Under the pieces are notes generated by a model. The model was not told the DNA's origin and searched no databases. It saw only the letters and a list, made by a program, of their open reading frames with translations. This document shows positions 27,008 through 37,196 of a stretch of DNA of 64,000 nt, in pieces. How positions within the stretch are numbered: the stretch's first letter is position 1; the number at the start of each line of letters is the position of its first letter. The DNA comes from an uncultured Candidatus Saccharibacteria bacterium (GTDB lineage Bacteria; Patescibacteriota; Minisyncoccia; Ryanbacterales; HO2-45-13), in assembly GCA_964354975.1 (NCBI GenBank), contig CAYHBS010000002.1, forward strand, positions 16,088-80,087, read 5' to 3'. The position numbers and the translations under genes were made by a program.

Positions 27008-27832
27008 ATGTATATGCACGTTTGGAGGCACCTGCGGTTTGGTGCGGTGTTGCGTTATGCAGGCATAACGCTACTTTTGTTGATTTTTGGCGTCGGACTC
27101 TATTTTCAATTTGGCACTCAAGCGCTCTCCTACGTTTCAGGATTTGGAAGAAATTCAGAGCAACCTCTCATTGTTGGAAATCTTCCCGCGCAGCAGGCCA
27201 CCATCATCACCACTGGTGGAGACTGGCAGCAAACACTCAATGGTTTGGTCGCTCCGCTTGACGAGGGAAGTGGCTCATCTACTGAATATCAAAACACCAT
27301 GGTGGATGATTTGATTGGAATGTATCTCAAGGAAAAGATGCGTGTGGGGCAAGGCGGAAGCGTTGACGGAGAGGCGGTAGCGAGAAAGTACTTTAAAGAA
27401 AAGACGTATTATTCTTCGGTGCTCAGATTTCAGGAAAGCACATTTCGTATTTCCCGAACTGCATCAACAACTGTATATGCAAAAGAGTTGCAGCACGTTG
27501 TACAAATTTTTAACGACAAAACGGCAGCTCCCGCATCCCAAGCGTTTCTTGCATATCAAAAAAATGCAGACAGCAAAGATCTTGCTCCACTGATACAGAT
27601 TCAACCGATTATCCAAAACACGCTCGATACACTTCTCGCAATGGAGGTTCCCGCAGTCATGTTGTCTCTGCACAAACAAGCCGCGGAAATTCTCCTCAAT
27701 CAAGCATACTATATCTCCCAAATCACAGAGTCGAACGGCGACGTAATTCAAGAATTTACTGCGGTATCAGGATATATGCAGACACTTGAAGACGGTCCCT
27801 CAATTTACTCGCGAATTATGGCACTCAAATGA
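27008..27832 (+). CDS. Membrane-anchored hypothetical protein; first gene of the T4SS-like operon
   Basis: N-terminal TM (AGITLLLLIFGVGLYF). Its stop overlaps the next start (ATGA). Confidence 0.5.
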   Translation: MYMHVWRHLRFGAVLRYAGITLLLLIFGVGLYFQFGTQALSYVSGFGRNSEQPLIVGNLPAQQATIITTGGDWQQTLNGLVAPLDEGSGSSTEYQNTMVDDLIGMYLKEKMRVGQGGSVDGEAVARKYFKEKTYYSSVLRFQESTFRISRTASTTVYAKELQHVVQIFNDKTAAPASQAFLAYQKNADSKDLAPLIQIQPIIQNTLDTLLAMEVPAVMLSLHKQAAEILLNQAYYISQITESNGDVIQEFTAVSGYMQTLEDGPSIYSRIMALK

Positions 27833-29232
27833 TGCGCATATTCACATCTCGCCTACTGATGGCACTGTTTCTCGGCATCATACTTGTTGCGGCTCCCATG
27901 CCGTCACGCGCACAATTTGTGCCGGTATGGGTTGTGGAAGACACGCCGTTTGATGTCAAAGAAAATCTTCTTGATACGATGATGAAACCACTTGCGCGCC
28001 GCATCGCGAGCATGTTCGTTAATGCAACGGTGGATTGGCTACGCGCAGGCGGGAAAGGCGGAGGACCACTTTTCATCACCGATTTCCAAAAATTTGCTGA
28101 AGATGCGCTGGTGAACGCGTCGGGAGAATTTATTAATCAACTTGGACTCTCGGATCTTCTCTGTGGGCCGTTCCCATTTGCATTTGATATTAGTTTCTTT
28201 GGAGGAGCGGGGCGCAATAAATACGAACAGTTTGATTGCACTATTGAAGATGTCGTTGCCAATGTGGAGGATTGGCAGAATGATTTCAATAGCGGTGGGT
28301 GGCAAGCGTGGCATGAATATATGAAACCCCAAAATCGTGCAAGTAGCGCATTTATGCTCGCACTCGATACCGCAATCGTGGCAGGAGAGCAGGAGCGGGA
28401 GGAAGCAACTTCCAAGGCGAGCGCGTCTGGCGGCATACTTCCCAGCCAGCTCTGCGCAGACGTAACATACCCCACTTCAGCGGGAACCGTGGTCACTGAA
28501 GAGCGCTGTATTGACACTACTCCGCAAGAAGCAGTCGTAACTGCAGTCCATGATACATTGGGTTCGAGTATGGATTGGCTCGTTGATGCGGATGAAATAT
28601 CAGAACTTATCACAGCAGTTACCGATTTTGCAATCTCACAACTTATGAACGATGCGTCCGGTCTGTTGGGATCCGATCCCGGGCCACGCAATCTTGAACG
28701 TGATTCTGGAACTGCAATAGGTGTGGAAACAGGGAAGCAGTCGCTCAGATCGCTTACATCCTCTGCCATCACTACGGTTGACCGCACAGCAAATATTCTT
28801 CAGGCATATATCACCGAGCAACTTAGTCTTCAGCAAGATCCTCCATACAGCCCGCTGCTGTGCTCTCCTAGCAATCCGAGTTGTCTTTATACCGTCGATA
28901 ATGGAGGCTGCGCGCTTAGCCCCCCCATTAAAGGATGTCCAGTGCTCGTTTTCTACGGCGGAAATACTTTTGATGCCCAAGACCTTTACACAAATCTTCG
29001 TTTGCAGTCCGTGGAATTGGGCTCTTTCCGAGACGTTGCGGTCTCTACTGCCACCTCTATCGGTGAACTCTCGGATCTTGGTAGAGATTTGCAGTCATTA
29101 TGGAATGCGTCAAAACAATGGATTCGCATCACGGAAACCATTATGAATGAAGCACAAATTTCGGACATAGAACGTCGAATTGCTTCTACAGATGATAGTC
29201 TATCGGAATTTATTCGCTACAGCGGACAATAG
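27829..29232 (+). CDS. Secreted hypothetical protein (signal peptide, Cys-containing)
   Basis: Signal peptide MMRIFTSRLLMALFLGIILVAAPMPSRA. 467 aa. Translationally coupled on both sides. Confidence 0.5.
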   Translation: MMRIFTSRLLMALFLGIILVAAPMPSRAQFVPVWVVEDTPFDVKENLLDTMMKPLARRIASMFVNATVDWLRAGGKGGGPLFITDFQKFAEDALVNASGEFINQLGLSDLLCGPFPFAFDISFFGGAGRNKYEQFDCTIEDVVANVEDWQNDFNSGGWQAWHEYMKPQNRASSAFMLALDTAIVAGEQEREEATSKASASGGILPSQLCADVTYPTSAGTVVTEERCIDTTPQEAVVTAVHDTLGSSMDWLVDADEISELITAVTDFAISQLMNDASGLLGSDPGPRNLERDSGTAIGVETGKQSLRSLTSSAITTVDRTANILQAYITEQLSLQQDPPYSPLLCSPSNPSCLYTVDNGGCALSPPIKGCPVLVFYGGNTFDAQDLYTNLRLQSVELGSFRDVAVSTATSIGELSDLGRDLQSLWNASKQWIRITETIMNEAQISDIERRIASTDDSLSEFIRYSGQ

Positions 29233-29235
29233 AAT

Positions 29236-31429
29236 GCGAAAGTTTACTACTATTATTACGTCTATTCTTCTCTCTGCGCTGTTGCTCGCGATATTTGTCC
29301 CATCGCTTGCGCTGGCACAAAGCGGTGACGCATATAACGCGAATTTAACGATTATAGGGGAGACAAATCCTTGCGGAATAACAGGCTTGAGCTTCTGGTT
29401 AAGTACATGTCTTGTATACTGGTTTGCCAACTTTTTAGGAATAATTCTGTGGATGCTCGGGTGGATTATAGGGATCATCGGGCAGATATTTACCATTTTT
29501 GCATCTTTTGCGCTCAGTGGCGCCATGTTCGATTCTGCCTCCATCGATGAGGGGTGGATGATAATGAGGGATATTGGCAACATCGCATTCATATTTATTT
29601 TGCTCTATATTGGGGTAACTACCATATTAGATATTGGTGGGGTTAACACGAATAAACTGCTCGCGCGCGTGGTGATTGCAGTGCTACTCATGAATTTTAG
29701 CCTCGCACTCACGAAAATACCGATTGACGCAAGTAATGTATTCGCTATTGCGTTTCATAATGCGATTGGAAATGGAAACGCAAGAACCGATGGCTTTGAT
29801 CTTGATATTGATTCCTCTTTACGAAATATCGATATTTCCGGTGAACTGATGACTGCGATGAGTCCGCAACGACTCTTCACCTCGGTACAGATCGGCGCAG
29901 ACACTGTAACCAGCGCTAATTTTATGGAGACAATCATGGCGGTGATCGTAAATAGTATTTTTGCCCTTGTTGCGCTCGGTCTCCTAATTTATGTATTTCT
30001 CACAGGTATTGTGATTTTTTTGGTGCGCATCGTTGCACTATCAATGGTGCTGATTTTTTCGCCCGCCGCAGTTATTGCCTACGCCGCTGGCATGGATGGT
30101 TTTTTCAAAAAATGGAAAACATATCTCGTGAACTATGCAGTCGTGGCTCCTATCTATATGTTCTTTATTTATCTCACGCTCCGATTTGCAAAGAGTCCAT
30201 TTCTGCAAAAAGCATTTCAAGATGGCTTTTCAGGATTAGGGCAAGGGTGGGGAGTGGCCTCGATTGCAGAGTGGGCGTCTGGAAACGCAGTTTTTTTAGT
30301 TGGTTATTTTATGATCATTGGATTCCTCCAAGCTGGGGTAAAGATTGCAAAGCAGCTGGGCATTGTAGGGGCAGACGCTATTGATAAGCTTGGTAAAAAA
30401 TTTGCGGTCGTAGGTAAGGTTGCCGCACTCGCAACACCGCTGGGTGCGGGTATGGCCGCGGTAAGTATTGCTCAAAAGACTCTGTTTAACCCAGCGGCAA
30501 ACATTGTTAAGGCCGGGAAGTTGCGCACCGTGGATAGGGGACTGAAGGGTGTATATAACAAACTCGAGGCATCGACAAAAGCGGATCAAGAGGCTGGTAC
30601 AAAACGAAATATTGGAACACGCTTGCTACGCAACTATGGCATGAGGGGCGCCAATGCGGCGCTTGGACAAACTGAGGATCGTATTAAAGAATCTGAGAAG
30701 GAATTTGCAAGTGTGCGTTCAGCAGATGAATTAAAACTCGCTATCTCGAGTCCATTTATTAGCGCGGAAAAAGCGATGGCGGGAATGCGAGTACTCGCAG
30801 AAAAATTCAAAGACTTTAAACCGTTCGGCACATTCGATCCAAAGAACTTTGAGGCACTTTATGGCAGATTTAAGAATATAGGCGTCAATACGAAAAGTAT
30901 CGAGGATGTTGATCCAAGGTTTGCTAAACTTGGCAAGTCTGCAGATAAAACTCCAATGGAGCAGGTGGCCGAATCTGCAAAAAAACGATCAAATCGCGAG
31001 CGCATTCAAGGATACGATCAGGGAATCTTTGGTGCGGCAGATAAGGATGGAGTGGGAGATAGAGCGGCAGATGCGGAAAAGGTTGGTCTCGCGATTGCAG
31101 AAGGTATTGTAAGTTCTGGAAAGATGGAAAATATTATCACTATGCAGCAACACTCTGCCGCTGGTGAAAAGCGTCTCGTAGAAGTCTTACAATCATACGT
31201 GAATGAATATCACACAAAGAAGGGAACCACGGGAGACATCATTAAAGACGTGAAAGAGGCTCTGGAAGAAAAGGGCCTCGGGCGCGTCGCAAGAGGACTA
31301 GAAAATTCAAACTCCATAGAGGTGCGCGCGCTAATTCAAGAAAAAGTGGAGATGAAAAAAGTGACTGGTAAAAATCCGGGTGGCGCTGAGCGAACGATTC
31401 TTGATTCAGTTGAAAACTCTGCATTATGA
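29236..31429 (+). CDS. VirB6/TrbL-like polytopic membrane protein with long hydrophilic C-terminal domain
   Basis: Signal peptide plus about 6-8 predicted TM helices in the N-terminal 400 aa, followed by a charged about 330-aa tail. The topology and operon context with VirB4 and PrgI-like genes match the VirB6/TrbL class. Confidence 0.5.
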
Positions 31430-32877
31430 AATACCCCCTTATTCAAGTGAGGGAAATAGTGCATACGCTTCCGCAGAGTATACTCATGGTATTTGAGTCT
31501 GACAAAACAGGGGAAATTATCCGAGAAATAGCGGAAAAATTTCAACTAGAAGATAAAACTACTTGGGCCCTCGCAGATCAAGTTACATATACGCTTGTTG
31601 GACTGCTGAATCCAGAACAATTTCATGATTCGGTCATGCGCGAGCTCAACCTTCGTCCATCAGAAACTGACGAGATAGTAAAAGAGGTTGATGAAAAAAT
31701 TTTTCAACACATTCGATCTGACCTTAATAATCTTGCGCGGGGTGGTGCGCCAAAATTTACTGACGCAGCGCAGACTCCACCAACTCCACATCCTCCAACG
31801 CCTGCGATTATCCCCAACGTGCCAGCGCATGCGCCTGACCAAATTGAACGCGCAGCCGCTTCTTCATTATGGAATATCCCATTAAACCCTGTGGTCACCG
31901 AGGCCACTCCCATGACGCCGCGCACACTATCAACTCCCTCCCCACAAAAAATCTCTCCGGAACCTGTGCCACAGCCGCTCCAACCAAAATCAGCAGCCCC
32001 ACTCCCTCCGCCACCAAAAGAGGAGCTGGTGGTGCCTCATAAAAGCGGATCTCAACACACGAGCAACATGCCAGGAATGCGTCATCCGTGGCTTTCAGAT
32101 CCGATCAAACTTCCCAGTACGGTCGCGCCCACTCCCGGCTCCGTAAAGGAAGTAGAGAAAAAGGGGCTGACCGAAAAGCCAAAGGTGCCCACCTTTGAAA
32201 AGGTAAGTGCAAGTACGAAGACAGAGATTATAACGGCGCCCTCCGTATCTGTCGCAACAAAACCTGAATCACCTAACATTTCTTCTATTCCGCAACCGAT
32301 ACAACAAAGAGCTCCGATGCCCGCGAGCACACCCTCCATCGTAAAGCCCCTTACTTCGACTACGCCCCTCCAAAAAACTTCAGCACCGGCACCTGCGAAC
32401 GTATCAGTTCCGCTCAAACCACACATCTCGGAACCTGTTTCAACCAAAGACATAACATCCACCGAAGTGATTATGCCCGGGAAGGGAGTGAACATCCCAA
32501 TACCTAAAATGGTAAGTCGTCTTCCTATAGAAGAGCGGGACGCGTCGCGCATTACCATTGTGCGTAAGCAAGTTACAGAAGCGCCAAAAACTATTACCAC
32601 AAAAGTGCCGTCCACTCCAGCGGACGCTCCAATTTCACCCGTTTCTTCAACAATATCACCTAGCGCTCATAAAACTTCAAACAATTCAATCACACGCACC
32701 ACACCAACTCCCGTAGCGTCTGCAACCGAAGCGGTGAAGTCGCCAATAAAAATACCCACCCCTGGAGCTCCGTCGCACGAGGTGGTGCGTCCAGAAAAAA
32801 CTCCTATCACGCCACCAACGCCGGACACACCAATATACCAAGGCGGAAAAGATCCTTATCGCGAGCCAGTATCCTAA
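31426..32877 (+). CDS. Hypothetical protein with structured N-domain and long Pro/Thr/Ser-rich low-complexity region
   Basis: The N-terminal 110 aa are globular, followed by PTPHPPTPAIIPNVPAH... and repeated P/S/T-rich segments. Confidence 0.45.
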   Translation: MKYPLIQVREIVHTLPQSILMVFESDKTGEIIREIAEKFQLEDKTTWALADQVTYTLVGLLNPEQFHDSVMRELNLRPSETDEIVKEVDEKIFQHIRSDLNNLARGGAPKFTDAAQTPPTPHPPTPAIIPNVPAHAPDQIERAAASSLWNIPLNPVVTEATPMTPRTLSTPSPQKISPEPVPQPLQPKSAAPLPPPPKEELVVPHKSGSQHTSNMPGMRHPWLSDPIKLPSTVAPTPGSVKEVEKKGLTEKPKVPTFEKVSASTKTEIITAPSVSVATKPESPNISSIPQPIQQRAPMPASTPSIVKPLTSTTPLQKTSAPAPANVSVPLKPHISEPVSTKDITSTEVIMPGKGVNIPIPKMVSRLPIEERDASRITIVRKQVTEAPKTITTKVPSTPADAPISPVSSTISPSAHKTSNNSITRTTPTPVASATEAVKSPIKIPTPGAPSHEVVRPEKTPITPPTPDTPIYQGGKDPYREPVS

Positions 32878-32878
32878 T

Positions 32879-33304
32879 ATGTTGCAATTTCAAGTACCAC
32901 AATTCGTCGATGTTGAAGATAAGGTGATTTGGATTTTATCATTCCGGCAGTTTGGTATTTTTCTTGCCGCAGGTGGGCTCATCTTTCTCGTCCGACAATT
33001 TCGCTTTCCCACAGCCATTTTTGGCATCTTTGCACTTGCCATTGTGGGATTTGCGTACATGCTTGCGTTCCTTAAAGCAGAGGGGAGGCCATTTCATCAT
33101 CGCGTTCTTGGATTTATTCGCTACTATTTCAGCCCGCAACTCTATCTCTGGGCAACGCCGAAAGAATCTGCTCGTGAAGTGGAACAGCGTGACCAGAAAA
33201 AAGCACAGCGGATCGTAGCGGCGGCACCCGTTACCGAAAAGAAGCTTACTCCCAATAAACTAAAGGAGCTCGCCTGGAAGCTTAATATTCACGAACAGAA
33301 ATAA
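32879..33304 (+). CDS. PrgI-family small membrane protein (Gram-positive-type T4SS component)
   Basis: MLQFQVPQFVDVEDKVIWILSFRQFGIFLAAGGL matches the PrgI-family N-terminal signature (VPQ..D.EDK...G.L..RQ) followed by two TM helices. Confidence 0.6.
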   Translation: MLQFQVPQFVDVEDKVIWILSFRQFGIFLAAGGLIFLVRQFRFPTAIFGIFALAIVGFAYMLAFLKAEGRPFHHRVLGFIRYYFSPQLYLWATPKESAREVEQRDQKKAQRIVAAAPVTEKKLTPNKLKELAWKLNIHEQK

Positions 33305-33305
33305 T

Positions 33306-33947
33306 ATGGCTAATTTACCAGCGTCACAAAAAATATTAGAGATCGAGGAAATACGAGACAATGTGCTCGTGATTAAAAATAAGGGGCTCCGCACCATACT
33401 TCTCTGTACCTCGATTAACTTCGACCTCAAATCCACTGATGAACAAGAGTCTATTATTCTTTCATATCAACGCTTTATCAATACACTCGATTTTCCGGTA
33501 CAATTTTTTGTCTCTTCGCGCAGATTAAACATCGATGGGTATTTGGACGATCTTCGAATACGCGCAAGTGAGGAAACAAATGAATTACTAAAAATACAGA
33601 CCAATGAGTATATTGCGTTCATGAAGTCCCTCGTGACCTCAAACAGTATCGTTACAAAAACGTTTTATACGGTCGTACCATATCAGCCTGCTGAAGCAAC
33701 GAAAGAAGCATCAATGATTTCTGGAGTATTTAGTATGATCACGGGAAAGCAAAAAACGGACGCGGATGTTGCAGAAAAATTTGATGAGTGGAAATCACAA
33801 CTCTTGCAACGCGTGGCGGTTGTTGAGCAGGGACTCTCGGGAATTGGCATTCGCTCGGTCGCGCTCGGTACGGAAGAACTCATTGAACTCTTCCGGCAAC
33901 TCTACAATCCGGATCTCGCAGGACCTATTGGAGTGACAATAAAATAA
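33306..33947 (+). CDS. VirB4/TraC-type ATPase N-terminal domain encoded as a separate ORF
   Basis: LVIKNKGLRTILLCTSINFDLKSTDEQESIILSYQRFINTLDFPVQFFVSSRRLNIDGYL is the conserved N-terminal region of Gram-positive VirB4 homologs. It is separated from the ATPase ORF by TAA plus 1 nt. Confidence 0.65.
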   Translation: MANLPASQKILEIEEIRDNVLVIKNKGLRTILLCTSINFDLKSTDEQESIILSYQRFINTLDFPVQFFVSSRRLNIDGYLDDLRIRASEETNELLKIQTNEYIAFMKSLVTSNSIVTKTFYTVVPYQPAEATKEASMISGVFSMITGKQKTDADVAEKFDEWKSQLLQRVAVVEQGLSGIGIRSVALGTEELIELFRQLYNPDLAGPIGVTIK

Positions 33948-33948
33948 T

Positions 33949-35757
33949 ATGGCGCTATTTAATAAACAACAAAAAAATCTTCCTGCCAATATCGCGCCCG
34001 TTCTTCCCGACGACGTGTATCGCGAGGGACTTGTCGAAATGCGGGATATTATTGCTCCAAGCGCATTTTCGATAGCGTCCGCACATGTACAACTTGGGAA
34101 TGTATTTACGCGCACCATGTTTGTACTCTCGTACCCGCGCACACTCGCTCCTAATTGGTTTGGCGACATCATCAGTCTTGATAAAGTATATGACGTTTCA
34201 ATATTTATCCATCCTGCAGACACCGCAAAGGTGCTGAAGGACTTACAAAAACAATCGGCACGCGTACTTTCGCAAATTCGCGAAAACGAAGAGAAGGGAA
34301 TGGTGCGCGACCCCATGCTCGATACCGCATATCGAGACATAGAGACACTGCGAGATCGCCTCCAGCAGGCAACGGAAAAATATTTTTCATTTGGACTGTA
34401 TATTACGGTGTATGCCGACTCTGCAGATGCACTAAACAAAGCGGAGCATGAAGTAAGATCAATTCTAAGCTCTAAGCTCATTGAGACTCGCCCCGCGATG
34501 TTCCGACAAAAAGAGGGGCTTCACTCCACGTTTCCAATGGGCACTGATCTGTTGGGGGTAAATTATAATATGAACACCGCTCCGATATCTAGCGTCTTCC
34601 CATTTTCTTCACTCGAACTTACGTCGGATAGGGGAATTCTCTACGGTATGAATCGAAGTAATGCCTCGCTTGTTATTTTTGATCGCTACAGCTTGGAGAA
34701 TTACAACTCCGTTATTCTTGCCACTTCAGGAGCCGGAAAATCATACACCGCAAAGTTAGAAATTATCCGCTCCCTGATGTTGGGTACGGAAGTGATTATT
34801 ATCGACCCCGAGCGCGAGTATGAGTTTCTTGCGGAATCCATCGGCGGGCGCGCATTCAATATTTCTCTCACGTCAAAGCATCATATCAATCCATTCGACC
34901 TTCCAACACCCAGAGAAGACGAATCATTGTCTGATGTGCTCCGCTCGCACATCATCGGACTGGTGGGGCTCTTTCGTATTATGCTCGGTGGACTCACCCC
35001 CGAGGAAGATGCGGTGCTCGACCGCGCAATCACCGAAACGTACGCAACGAAGGACATCACCGCAGAAAGCGACTTTACCGGGCGCACGCCTCCGCTACTC
35101 ACTGACCTGGAGCTTGTACTATCTAATATGGAGGGTGGGGAGGCACTCGCAATGCGACTGCGAAAATATACTACTGGTACGTGGGCGGGGTTTCTTAATC
35201 AACACACCAACGTCGATATCACAAAAAAATTAACAGTATTTTCGGTGCGCGACATGCAAGACGATCTCCGCCCCATTGCGATGTATCTCATTGTCCAGCA
35301 CATTTGGAATGCTATTCGACAAGAACTAAAGAAGCGTATACTACTCGTCGATGAGGCGTGGTGGATGATGAAAAGTGAGGACGGCGCATCATTCCTCTTT
35401 GGTATCGCGAAGCGCGCGCGTAAATATTATCTAGGTCTCATGACCATCACGCAGGACGTTGCGGACTTTATGGGCTCGCAGTATGGACGCGCCATTATCA
35501 CGAACTCATCCGTACAGCTACTGCTCAAACAATCTCCGAGCACGATTGATATTGTAAAAGAAACATTTCACCTCACCGATGAAGAACGATATTTACTGCT
35601 TGGCGCAGAGGTGGGAACGGGAATATTCTTTGCGGGAATGAAGCATGTCGCAATTCGCGTAATTTCCTCTTATACTGAACATCAGATTATCACTTCTGAT
35701 CCATCGGAAATCCTGGCAGTCAAACAAGCAAAAGAAGAATATGCGAGTAATCAATAA
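33949..35757 (+). CDS. VirB4/TrbE/CagE-family T4SS ATPase (central and C-terminal domains)
   Basis: Walker A ATSGAGKSYTAKLEI, IIIDPEREY, Walker B LLVDEAWWMM and the ITQDVADF motif. Extensive collinearity with the VirB4 family. Confidence 0.85.
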   Translation: MALFNKQQKNLPANIAPVLPDDVYREGLVEMRDIIAPSAFSIASAHVQLGNVFTRTMFVLSYPRTLAPNWFGDIISLDKVYDVSIFIHPADTAKVLKDLQKQSARVLSQIRENEEKGMVRDPMLDTAYRDIETLRDRLQQATEKYFSFGLYITVYADSADALNKAEHEVRSILSSKLIETRPAMFRQKEGLHSTFPMGTDLLGVNYNMNTAPISSVFPFSSLELTSDRGILYGMNRSNASLVIFDRYSLENYNSVILATSGAGKSYTAKLEIIRSLMLGTEVIIIDPEREYEFLAESIGGRAFNISLTSKHHINPFDLPTPREDESLSDVLRSHIIGLVGLFRIMLGGLTPEEDAVLDRAITETYATKDITAESDFTGRTPPLLTDLELVLSNMEGGEALAMRLRKYTTGTWAGFLNQHTNVDITKKLTVFSVRDMQDDLRPIAMYLIVQHIWNAIRQELKKRILLVDEAWWMMKSEDGASFLFGIAKRARKYYLGLMTITQDVADFMGSQYGRAIITNSSVQLLLKQSPSTIDIVKETFHLTDEERYLLLGAEVGTGIFFAGMKHVAIRVISSYTEHQIITSDPSEILAVKQAKEEYASNQ

Positions 35758-36742
35758 ATTTGTTACAATTATCGCTACCGCCGTCCTCTGTACACCCTGG
35801 TTTCTCAACTTCACGTTCGTGAATGCACAATTTGGTGCGCCAACTGTTTCACCTGGACAAATCCAAATTATTGCGACACCAACTCAATCAAACGCGAATG
35901 AAGCAGTAACGCTCGAAGCAAGGTCGTACGCCGTTAATCTGAATGCAATGGATATTATTTGGTATGCCGATGATAAAATTGTTACTTCAGGTTACGGCCT
36001 TTATTCCACTACGGTCACCCTTGGTGCCATTGGATCAGAAACACGCTTACGCGTCGTGGGAAGAATGTCTGGGGCGTTAGTTGCTGAGGGATTTATTACG
36101 CTTCGCCCCGCTAATCTTGTTCTTGTTATGGAGGCAAACTCCACTGCTCCATTTTGGTATCAAGGAAGAAAACTCCCGTCTCCTCGGGGGTCAGTGAGCA
36201 TTACCGCATTTCCCACGCTTGCGGGAATATACGCATCGTTAAGTCCAAATAGATTGCAGTATACTTGGCATGTAAATAACTCGGGTGCAATTGCGCTCGC
36301 TGGGGTAGGGAAGCAAACATTGCGCCTTCCCCTTCCAAAAGCCCCCACAGCGGTTACGCGAGTACAAGTAACCGTTACCGACCCCAGAGGCACATATTCT
36401 GCAACCGGATTTGTGCATGTGATACCTGAAAAACCACACGTTACACTATTCAGTGATCAATCACACTCGCGTACACGAAACGCGGTTTCCGGAACAATAC
36501 AACTCCGTCCTGATGAAAAAATTGGTCTTTACGCGGAACCTTTTTATATAGGAAATTCTGGAGATCATACGTTTGAATGGAAAAGTAACGGACAAAAAAT
36601 TCCCATCACTGGAGAGCGTGGCAACACCGCAGTCCTCACTATGCCAAGCGTCCCCGCTGCATACACAATCACCGCTAGCGTCTTAAATATCCAAAATGCC
36701 TTTGAGCGTGCGATGGCTACATTAATCTTACGAGTCGAATAA
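35741..36742 (+). CDS. Secreted beta-rich hypothetical protein
   Basis: Signal peptide (VTIIATAVLCTPWFLNFTFVNA). Overlaps the VirB4 ORF end. Confidence 0.5.
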   Translation: MRVINKFVTIIATAVLCTPWFLNFTFVNAQFGAPTVSPGQIQIIATPTQSNANEAVTLEARSYAVNLNAMDIIWYADDKIVTSGYGLYSTTVTLGAIGSETRLRVVGRMSGALVAEGFITLRPANLVLVMEANSTAPFWYQGRKLPSPRGSVSITAFPTLAGIYASLSPNRLQYTWHVNNSGAIALAGVGKQTLRLPLPKAPTAVTRVQVTVTDPRGTYSATGFVHVIPEKPHVTLFSDQSHSRTRNAVSGTIQLRPDEKIGLYAEPFYIGNSGDHTFEWKSNGQKIPITGERGNTAVLTMPSVPAAYTITASVLNIQNAFERAMATLILRVE

Positions 36743-36743
36743 C

Positions 36744-37190
36744 ATGAGCACGTTGTTTAAAACTTTTTGGACCTCACTCGTTATGTTTGTCTTTACAACC
36801 GGAGTGGTATTCGCACAAACGTTCCCTGCGCCGTACCAATTATCAGAACCGCTACCTGGGTCTCCCAATAGGGCGGTGGGTAGCCTCGCGGAGTATTTGA
36901 GTCTTGCATATATATCGCTCCTTTCTGCTTCGATTGCCTTTGGATTAGTCATGTTGGTTTATAGTGGGGTGGAATATATCACTGCGGGTGGAAATCAAAA
37001 TGCAATAAAAAGCGCAAAGGACCGAATGTTTAGAATCGCAAAGGGTTTCATTATTATCGTTGGAGCCGTGTTGCTTCTCACTACATTAGGAGGAGACTCG
37101 CTTTTGGAGATGAATTTCGATATACGTCCAACTGGCACGCCATTTCCTACAGGAAACAATGCTCCGTCGGCTCCTACTGGTAATGAATAG
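36744..37190 (+). CDS. Small secreted protein with two hydrophobic helices, a candidate VirB2/TrbC-like pilin
   Basis: Signal peptide, then two TM segments separated by a short loop (LSLAYISLLSASIAFGLVMLVY...GFIIIVGAVLLLTTLGG), about 120 mature residues. This is pilin-like architecture in the T4SS-like operon. Confidence 0.4.
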   Translation: MSTLFKTFWTSLVMFVFTTGVVFAQTFPAPYQLSEPLPGSPNRAVGSLAEYLSLAYISLLSASIAFGLVMLVYSGVEYITAGGNQNAIKSAKDRMFRIAKGFIIIVGAVLLLTTLGGDSLLEMNFDIRPTGTPFPTGNNAPSAPTGNE

Positions 37191-37196
37191 ACCTAT

